Shown piece by piece: positions 7,483-13,794 of a stretch of DNA of 13,794 bases; the first letter of the stretch is position 1, and every line of letters begins with the position of its first letter. Below the pieces are notes generated by a model. The model worked only from the letters and a program-made list of their open reading frames with translations. It did no database searches and was not told the DNA's origin. Where the stretch lies: the NCBI GenBank assembly GCA_033763315.1, contig JANRKS010000004.1, positions 1-13,794 of the forward strand, given 5' to 3'. The position numbers were made by a program, and so were the translations under genes. Source of the DNA: Deltaproteobacteria bacterium (GTDB taxonomy: Bacteria; Myxococcota_A; Polyangia; Fen-1088).

Positions 7483-8382
7483 TGGCCGTGGTCTGGCAAT
7501 CCCGTTGCTGGTGGGCACGCTGTCTTGGTGGCCCCGCGCGATCAGCTTCGGTTGGTGGAATCTGGCGAGACCTCTGCCGAAGGGGATTCGCGGGGCCATT
7601 GCTCGCGCGTTGAGTTCGTTCGTGGCTTGCGGTGCGAAGATGTGCTCCCGCTACTGCCAGAGCACGCGTTTGATGCATGTGTGACCGATCCGCCCTACGG
7701 CATCGGCATTGCTGATTGGGACGCAGATGTGCCGAGCGTCGAGACGTGGGCGGCTGTGCTTGGTGCGCTCAAGCCTGGTGCTTGGTTGGTTGCGTTTGGA
7801 GCGCGGCGGACCGTGCACAGGTTGGCCACGCGTGTGGAGGCTGCGGGGTTTTGCGTGGTGGACATGGGGGCATGGGTTTACGGGAATGGGCGGCCGCCAT
7901 CGAAGGTGCATTTGAAACCGGCGCATGAGCCGATCTTGATTGCACGCGCGCCGGGGAAGCCCCTGGCCGTGGGTATTGAGGACGCGCGCGTGCCGTGGCG
8001 CGATGATGATGATCGCGTGAGTGCTTCACGGGTGGACAGTCTGCGTGCGCGCACGGTGAAGCGGCGGGCGTATCGCGGATCGCTGGGCGCGCATGGACGG
8101 GATGCGTTTGTGGCGAAGGTGGCGGGGCGGTGGCCGTCAACGGTTATGGCGACCGATGATGAGCTGTTGGGGGATGGGTCGCATGTGTTTGCGGTGCCGA
8201 AGGTGCGCGATGCTGGGGGGCATGTTTGTGCGAAGCCACGCGCGCTGATCGAACATTTGGTGAAGCTGTATGTGCCCGTGGGTGGCGTGGTGTTGGATCC
8301 GTTTGCCGGCAGCGGAGGGGTGGGGGATGTGGCGGCGGCGTTGGGAAGGCGAGCGGTGTTGATCGACGACGGGGCGCGGTGA
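7480..8382 (+). CDS. Site-specific DNA methyltransferase, beta class N6-adenine/N4-cytosine (N6_N4_Mtase family)
   Basis: Catalytic motif IV (DACVTDPPYGIG) precedes SAM-binding motif I (VVLDPFAGSG). Also ALKPGAWLVAF, LKPAHEPILIAR, GRWPSTV and H...KP..LIEHLVK. The true start is uncertain (TTG 7480 or a later TTG/GTG such as 7525, 7528 or 7555). Confidence 0.92.
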   Translation: MWPWSGNPVAGGHAVLVAPRDQLRLVESGETSAEGDSRGHCSRVEFVRGLRCEDVLPLLPEHAFDACVTDPPYGIGIADWDADVPSVETWAAVLGALKPGAWLVAFGARRTVHRLATRVEAAGFCVVDMGAWVYGNGRPPSKVHLKPAHEPILIARAPGKPLAVGIEDARVPWRDDDDRVSASRVDSLRARTVKRRAYRGSLGAHGRDAFVAKVAGRWPSTVMATDDELLGDGSHVFAVPKVRDAGGHVCAKPRALIEHLVKLYVPVGGVVLDPFAGSGGVGDVAAALGRRAVLIDDGAR

Positions 8383-8623
8383 TAGATGATAGCGAGGACC
8401 TTGGCGCCTTGGGCAAATCACCTTGACTGCCACGGCGGTCCTTTACTTCGCTTGAAACTGCCGATGTTTCCGCGCCGATCTGCGTGGTCTTCAGCACAGG
8501 CCCCTTAGCCCTCCTAGCGTCTGATCCACCTCCTCACGATCAAGTCACGGGTGACGCGCGGCTGCCGACATCGACCGCGAACGTGCTGCGGTGAATTCAA
8601 GGCATGAATCGACTGGGCAACTT

Positions 8624-9496
8624 CTAAGAACCCGAAAGGCTGTCAGCGATGCGACTTTGGACCGAAGGCAGCTCATCCCTGGAAAACAGCTTCCAAATCA
8701 GCTCGTTATTGGCATCTCTTGACCCCGCCAATGCGTAATAACAAGCTGTAACCTTTCCAGTTCGGCCAAGTTCATGGGCGGTTGAAGGTGCCAATACCTC
8801 GGGTGCCCCGAGCAGGATGTTCACCTGGGTTTCAGATGGAACACACACAACAATTACGAACGCTGCAATTCCCGAGGCAAGCGCTGAAGAAAACTTCGCT
8901 CCCACTTTTTCGTCAGCGTGCGTAATGAGTTCGTGACGGGCCTCATCCGCCGTTTTGAACCTTGGTCGATGTTTCATAACAACGTCAAGATAGATGTCAG
9001 CTCGGCCGCTTTCCCCAACCAGGAGGTCTGCATCTTTAGGCTTTTGACCTCGTACGCCACAAGGCAACGGCTTCCCAAACTGCTTTACAACGTATGCGCC
9101 TCTATCAAGCAGAATCGACACATATGCAAGCGCCAACACAGACCAGAATTCGGGGTCATGGTGCTTCCAGATACCGTGATGTAAGGGGGAAAAAGCACCG
9201 CGGAAACCAGGAACTAAAGAAAAGCGTTCACAGAAATGGTCGAGTGTGATCAGGATCGAGCGACCAATTCCATTTGCATCGGGACTGCCTGGATGGGAGG
9301 CCATGTAGAGCACATATGGGAGGTTAAGTAGGTGCGAATGTCCTGTTTGCTTTTCGCGATCCTTCTCCATCGCCCTCAATTGTGCTGAAGTCGCGACACC
9401 GGATGGATAGTCCCTGTCGAAGTTGCGTGCGAGATTCGGATGTTGCAGAAGGCGGGCGTTTAGATCGGCGCTAGCGTCTTGATCTGTCGGATCCAT
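8624..9496 (-). CDS. Hypothetical protein (~290 aa) with a possible divergent PD-(D/E)XK restriction-endonuclease-like fold
   Basis: Long ORF with preferred start ATG 9496 after AGGTAAGG. Helix FWSVLALAYVSILL followed by KDADLLV...IYLDVVMK resembles PD-(D/E)XK motifs I-III with substitutions. The ORF is likely real but the fold call is tentative. Confidence 0.6.
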   Translation of the reverse strand: MDPTDQDASADLNARLLQHPNLARNFDRDYPSGVATSAQLRAMEKDREKQTGHSHLLNLPYVLYMASHPGSPDANGIGRSILITLDHFCERFSLVPGFRGAFSPLHHGIWKHHDPEFWSVLALAYVSILLDRGAYVVKQFGKPLPCGVRGQKPKDADLLVGESGRADIYLDVVMKHRPRFKTADEARHELITHADEKVGAKFSSALASGIAAFVIVVCVPSETQVNILLGAPEVLAPSTAHELGRTGKVTACYYALAGSRDANNELIWKLFSRDELPSVQSRIADSLSGS

Positions 9497-9649
9497 AGTG
9501 TTCGCCTTACCTATGGATGCAGTCCCAAATTGCCTTCGATGCCGCATCCTTTAGAGTGTTACGCCCTATTTCAATTGGAAAAGTCAACGGCACCAAGTCT
9601 TCCACCAATGCTTGTCGCCTCCATCGAGATGTCGAAATCGCGCGGTCGA

Positions 9650-10306
9650 CTATTCGCCGGTGTATTCTGCCTCAAGGCGTTTTGCCGCCGCTTCCGCGTA
9701 TGCGAAGGTTGTCGGTGTTGAAACAACGCCTGAAGCAGCCGACCCTCCGGCCACTTCAAGGGGGCGAAAGCGCACTGATCCAATTTCCTTTTCTAACAAC
9801 ATCGCGTGGCCTTCATGACCAGAGCGTCTTAACCGATGGACGATGAAGGCATGCCACGCTGCATCCTCCGGCCGTTGAGGCCACGATTTGTGATCTAACA
9901 GAACGATCCCAACTGAACTGAAAACGGCCATCACGAAAGTGGCGCACGTTAGCCCGACTTCTGACCCACCTAGGACTAGGCCTCCAGCACTGTCGAAATG
10001 GGTTGCCGTGTAAGAGAATCCAAACGGAATCCGACCATCAGCATGGCGTTTCCAAATCAGTCTACATTTTGCTGCTACCTGTTTTGCTCGCTCGGCTGGG
10101 ATGGTATGACGGACCCAAAGGGCATCCGGCCCCGGTGCTTCGCAAGCTAGATCACAATGCCATTTGAGATGAAGCATTCTTAGGTTCGAGCCCTCAGACC
10201 AAGCGATACCACAGTGCCAATAGCGCATATCCTCTCGAACGAACGCCACTCCACATCCTTGCTTGCGAAGGGCGTCGTGCTCCCCGAACAACTCCGCGAC
10301 CCCCAT
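9650..10306 (-). CDS. Circularly permuted papain-like (NlpC/P60 superfamily, YiiX/YaeF/LRAT-type) thiol enzyme
   Basis: His-before-Cys order: YWH31CGI, MLH46LKWH, IPFG and GLTC121ATFV at the start of a predicted helix. This is the arrangement of permuted NlpC/P60 enzymes. No signal peptide. Confidence 0.7.
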   Translation of the reverse strand: MGVAELFGEHDALRKQGCGVAFVREDMRYWHCGIAWSEGSNLRMLHLKWHCDLACEAPGPDALWVRHTIPAERAKQVAAKCRLIWKRHADGRIPFGFSYTATHFDSAGGLVLGGSEVGLTCATFVMAVFSSVGIVLLDHKSWPQRPEDAAWHAFIVHRLRRSGHEGHAMLLEKEIGSVRFRPLEVAGGSAASGVVSTPTTFAYAEAAAKRLEAEYTGE

Positions 10307-10317
10307 GGCAATCTCGC

Positions 10318-11088
10318 CTACAGGCCGGACATCAGCTCGTCAACTTCAGAAGCCGTTCGGGTTTCCAAAGCTTGACGGCGAACTCGCTCTAGGAAAGGTT
10401 CACGACTCGCAACCCGGTCTCTTGCTGGAAGCGATGCAACCAAGAATCCAATCGCTATGAGCAGATCCAGTTTTTTTTGCATGAGCGCATCGAAGACAGC
10501 ATTGATCAGTCCAAACTTTGATTCGCGCATCCAGCGGTCAAGCGTTTCGTAAACCATGTCGAGAGCCGCGTCAACGTCGGATTGGCAAACCCGGTTCACG
10601 TTGCCGAGGAATTCGGCGATTTCACTGCTCTGATCGAACGGGCGTTGGACAATTCGGTTTAAACAAGCCGCGAATGCCGCTATCTGTAAACCCTGTTGGT
10701 CGGTAGATAGTTGATCGAGGCGTTCTACAAAGCGCGTCAATTGAAGAGGACTAAGGAGGTCCTTGAAGATCTCGCTGAGCAACCCTTCTTCGGAAGGATC
10801 AGGGTGAGCCGGGTTGATCCGTGGCGTTGCATCCACTCGATAAGCGATTCTGGGGCACAACTCATCGTTGATTTCAGAACCATCTCTTTCGAAGAAATTG
10901 ATGAGGCTTGCAGCTTCGTCAATCCGCTTATTGTGAGGTTCCGTCCAAGCGCCGACGTCAATAGGCAGACGTGAGGGTGCACTTCGCCACGAGGCCTCAG
11001 AATTCCTGCGACTCTCATCGAAGGCCACCCAGTCGCGATGCGGCTTTCGTGCTAGACGTTCACAGTCCGTTTCACGGGCGGTCGTCAT
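10318..11088 (-). CDS. Hypothetical protein (256 aa) with a probably disordered N-terminus and an alpha-helical C-terminal domain
   Basis: ATGA overlap with the upstream stop (11085-11088) and an 11-nt gap to the downstream ATG. Amphipathic helices such as DVDAALDMVYETLDRWM and LLIAIGFLVASLPAR. Ends DELMSGL. Confidence 0.8.
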   Translation of the reverse strand: MTTARETDCERLARKPHRDWVAFDESRRNSEASWRSAPSRLPIDVGAWTEPHNKRIDEAASLINFFERDGSEINDELCPRIAYRVDATPRINPAHPDPSEEGLLSEIFKDLLSPLQLTRFVERLDQLSTDQQGLQIAAFAACLNRIVQRPFDQSSEIAEFLGNVNRVCQSDVDAALDMVYETLDRWMRESKFGLINAVFDALMQKKLDLLIAIGFLVASLPARDRVASREPFLERVRRQALETRTASEVDELMSGL

Positions 11089-11771
11089 TCAGACTGTTCC
11101 TGGGTTCGAATGATTGAGAACCTCGCATTGTTGAGGCGCCCTTCCAAGCTCTTTTCTTTTTCAATGGCTCGTTCAATGACCTCGCGAAGATCGTGAAGGT
11201 CGGACCCATCCAGCGTGACATAGTAGTCCTTGTCGGCTCCGTCATCGTGGACTTGAAGCTGGAGGGAGTGCGTTATGATGAATGCTGTGGGGCCACTCGG
11301 CACCGCTTCAGAGTATACCGGTCGAGCATCTGTGAATACCCTAGCCTTGTGGAGATGTCGTGGATATTGATAAGCGACGTAGGCTGCCTTTGATGTAACC
11401 CGCAAGGTGTCTAACTGAAGCAGTGAAACTAAATGCGACGTGAAGGCGGGCCACCCTGCAGCGGGCGGATCCATCTTTAGTTCATTTGCAGCAGCCTCCA
11501 GGTCTTTCGCAAGCACATCCGCTTGAATCGCTTCGTTAAAACAGAGCCAATGGAGTGTGACCAACAGCCTGATGACATCTACTAGGGAAGTGTAGTCAAG
11601 CGACACCCTGGATTCTATGGACCTTGCCAGCGCTCGCGGCAGCAAACGAGGTGTGGCAGACTCTAAGGCAGTCCTCAGCTCACTTAAGGAATGGAGATTT
11701 AAGGCCAAGAGACCTTTCAACCTTGGTCGATCGGCCTCGGGAATCGTTAGACCTGAACGGATTTTTGACAT
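11085..11771 (-). CDS. COMMD-like protein (helical N-terminal domain plus COMM-like C-terminal domain), 228 aa
   Basis: About 125 helical residues, then YPRHLHKARVFTDARPV...PTAFIITHSLQLQV.DDG..KDYYVTLDGSDLHDLREVIERAIEKEKSL. The three strands plus long terminal helix match the size and pattern of COMM (HCaRG) domains. Recognised by pattern only. Confidence 0.65.
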   Translation of the reverse strand: MSKIRSGLTIPEADRPRLKGLLALNLHSLSELRTALESATPRLLPRALARSIESRVSLDYTSLVDVIRLLVTLHWLCFNEAIQADVLAKDLEAAANELKMDPPAAGWPAFTSHLVSLLQLDTLRVTSKAAYVAYQYPRHLHKARVFTDARPVYSEAVPSGPTAFIITHSLQLQVHDDGADKDYYVTLDGSDLHDLREVIERAIEKEKSLEGRLNNARFSIIRTQEQSE

Positions 11772-11846
11772 TGGTTTTCGATCCCGCCCTGTTGCCGTAA
11801 TTTAGTAGAATTGATCTGAAGAAACGATACTACAACGTTCTTCGCC

Positions 11847-12173
11847 TTAGTTCGCTTGCTCGTCATCCGGATCAACGAACTCAACTCCGTCGACGGGAAG
11901 GAAGGAAAGATCTTCACCAATTACATCTTGGCAGTGCAGGTCCAGCTGAAAGCAAATCGACCGAATCATTGTTGGCGTCAATCGGTCGTCGTCTGCCATG
12001 TCTGGATATGGTGCGACCCGGTCGCCTTTTGACAGATACTTCACTTCAACCGGACCTCGCGGTCCCATCAGCAAGCTCTTGAGGCTCTTTACTTCCACTG
12101 ATCTGTCGGCACTCTGTAACGCCTTCACAAACTCGCACAGCGTTGGCGCTCGGAAAAACGGATATGCTGCCAC
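11847..12173 (-). CDS. Divergent HicA-like small protein (putative toxin, dsRBD-like fold) with an acidic tail
   Basis: GTG start overlaps the upstream TAG by 1 nt (TAGTG). Helix-strands-helix pattern PTLCEFVKAL...KYLSKG..VAPYP...DRLTPTMIRSICFQLDL. Adjacent to a HicB-like gene. The canonical HicA G-S-H catalytic motif is absent. Confidence 0.55.
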   Translation of the reverse strand: MAAYPFFRAPTLCEFVKALQSADRSVEVKSLKSLLMGPRGPVEVKYLSKGDRVAPYPDMADDDRLTPTMIRSICFQLDLHCQDVIGEDLSFLPVDGVEFVDPDDEQAN

Positions 12174-12502
12174 TACGCGACCCGCAGCTCGGCTTCCACC
12201 CTCGGCGCAGCCGGGATGTTCTGAATACTGAAAGGCAAGGACAGGTCATCCTTCATCTGCCAACCGCTCTCCCATTTGGTCCAATACGTTTGAGGGGCGG
12301 GACCGGGTAAAGTTGCCAGTGGGTTTTCCTTGAGCTCCAATCCCATCGCGAGATGAGACACGAGCGCCTTTTCGACCGCATAGGCCGCGTCTTGTACGGA
12401 TTTCCCTTGCCCAGCTACGTCATGTTGCAGGCACTGTGCTACCCAATAAGGTCCCTCCTTCTGAAGTAGCACGTGAACATTCAATTGGATGATGTGTGAC
12501 AT
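12173..12502 (-). CDS. HicB-like antitoxin-fold protein lacking a C-terminal DNA-binding domain
   Basis: LNVHVLLQKEGPYWVAQCLQHDVAGQGKSVQDAAYAVEKALVSHL fits the HicB N-terminal pattern (three strands, QG-[KE]-[ST]-x-x-[DE]A helix). No HTH or RHH domain is evident in the remaining ~55 aa. Confidence 0.75.
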   Translation of the reverse strand: MSHIIQLNVHVLLQKEGPYWVAQCLQHDVAGQGKSVQDAAYAVEKALVSHLAMGLELKENPLATLPGPAPQTYWTKWESGWQMKDDLSLPFSIQNIPAAPRVEAELRVA

Positions 12503-13133
12503 TTTGGTGTCTCGTAGAACGTTAGATCGGAAGATCTCAGCGTGAAATTAATCGAACGCGGCTATGACCTTCTCCGCTTCGGTCGAAATTGCCACAAGGA
12601 GCCTGGCCGTTCAAGCTTAGTTCCTTACACCTGAACACCTGCGCCCCTTCCCTGAACGCGTCGCGCGGGGTCTCAATCCTCGCTGTCACGCGGCAGGCTG
12701 CCACCGACCTTCGAATGCCCACCGCAATCACCAGCCTCAGATCGCCTCGACGTCGGCCAATGCTGATCTCAATGCATAGGGTCGGCCTCTGGCCTTTGGC
12801 TGTCAGCCGTGAAGGATGGCCTGGACAACGCGGTCGATTTCGACCTTTACCGGCCGCGTCGCGACTCCTTTAGGGTCCCGATGCCTGGATGTTCCCCCAC
12901 CGTGACTTGGTCCTTGCCCACAAGCCGACGGGTTCAGCGCCTCTTGGAGCCCTCGAAACCGAAGTGGCGGATCTAGGTTCACGGATGGCCTAGCGCCCCT
13001 CTGCGCTCACGTGGTGCGGCCGGGCGCCATGCTCGATGGTGCGGGCGTGTGGGGCATCGTTAAACACGTCGACCGTGCCGACTCCTTCCGCCCCCACTCG
13101 CCACGAGGCGACGCCGCACTTTGAACACCGAGA

Positions 13134-13733
13134 TTAGAAGCGCGCATTGCAAAAATGCACTCCGCCTTGCCTTATCGCGCTTGTCAGAACCAAAGCCGTC
13201 CTCGATACCGATCCGCCAGCGGCCAAACGCACCGCCCACCTGCTCTCGGGCAGAAGCGCATCGGGATAGACGCGACATGTTCCGGGTCGGATAGGATCGT
13301 CCGCGCTATACGCCGCCTCAAGCGTATGGCCATAGTGATCGCGCCACTTGTTGCTGTGCACGTGCGGTTCTCCGCACCTATCAAAGACGAAGCATGCGCC
13401 GTCGCCCGACGCGAAGTAGCCGTCAAGCGTGGTGGACTTCCTGGCCACAGGAGGCGGCTCTTGTGGCGAACGCGTGAGGGCAGTTGCTGCCTCGAAGAGC
13501 CGTTCTGTCTTTGCCGCAAGACGACGGATCTCTCGCATTCGTGGCCGCTCAGCGAAACACGCAAGCCGAAGATTCTCCAGCGAACGCACGGCACGACGCC
13601 ACGCCGGCTTGCTCTTCTTCTTCAGGTTGGCGCCGTGTATGCGCGCCCGAATAAGCGCGAAATGAACATCGTCGGTCAGAATCTGAAGATCAGGCGAGAC
13701 TCGCAGCATCCATGCGGTTTCACGGTCTCTCAT
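13134..13733 (-). CDS. Hypothetical protein (~199 aa), possibly frameshifted near the 3' end
   Basis: Preferred start ATG 13733 after GGGGAG..AGGGA. GC-rich third codon positions over most of its length. No family recognised. Confidence 0.55.
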   Translation of the reverse strand: MRDRETAWMLRVSPDLQILTDDVHFALIRARIHGANLKKKSKPAWRRAVRSLENLRLACFAERPRMREIRRLAAKTERLFEAATALTRSPQEPPPVARKSTTLDGYFASGDGACFVFDRCGEPHVHSNKWRDHYGHTLEAAYSADDPIRPGTCRVYPDALLPESRWAVRLAAGGSVSRTALVLTSAIRQGGVHFCNARF

Positions 13734-13794
13734 GGTCGCGATTCCCTGCTCCCCGAACACAAGATGTTGCCCCCAGTGCAAGGCAGCCGGCGCA

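Noticed and set aside
6687-7678. ORFs spanning the tRNA, its promoter and the repeat spacer
   Set aside because: They overlap a clear tRNA, terminator or promoter, or read through DNA repeats, and have no protein-like signal.
8137-8497. Minus-strand ORFs between and overlapping the MTase end and the 8624 gene
   Set aside because: Mostly antisense to the MTase, with Pro/His-rich composition caused by the G/T skew. No family motif.
12524-12536. AGATCGGAAGA matches the start of the Illumina adapter
   Set aside because: It continues TC rather than GC and forms part of a local palindrome, so the 11-nt match is most likely chance.

Overview
GC-rich bacterial DNA. The gene families suggest Myxococcota or a related lineage, but that is an inference. 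The left half (1-6690, minus strand) holds four co-oriented predicted lipoprotein genes: a CE2-type SGNH esterase, an atypical DUF1552 protein, a beta-propeller repeat protein and a TolB/PD40-type propeller with a CxxCH motif and a knottin-like tail. A tRNA-Gly(GCC) with its own promoter and terminator follows at 6990-7061 (minus). The right half looks accessory. It has a repeat-rich spacer, a beta-class DNA methyltransferase (plus strand) and a visibly lower-GC minus-strand cassette at 8624-12502. The cassette reads HicB-like > HicA-like > COMMD-like > helical unknown > permuted papain-like (His-His-Cys) enzyme > PD-(D/E)XK-like protein, with overlapping stop/start codons at two junctions. 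I cannot match it to a named system, and it is the best candidate for an undescribed defence or conflict system. All domain calls are by-eye motif recognition and no searches were run.
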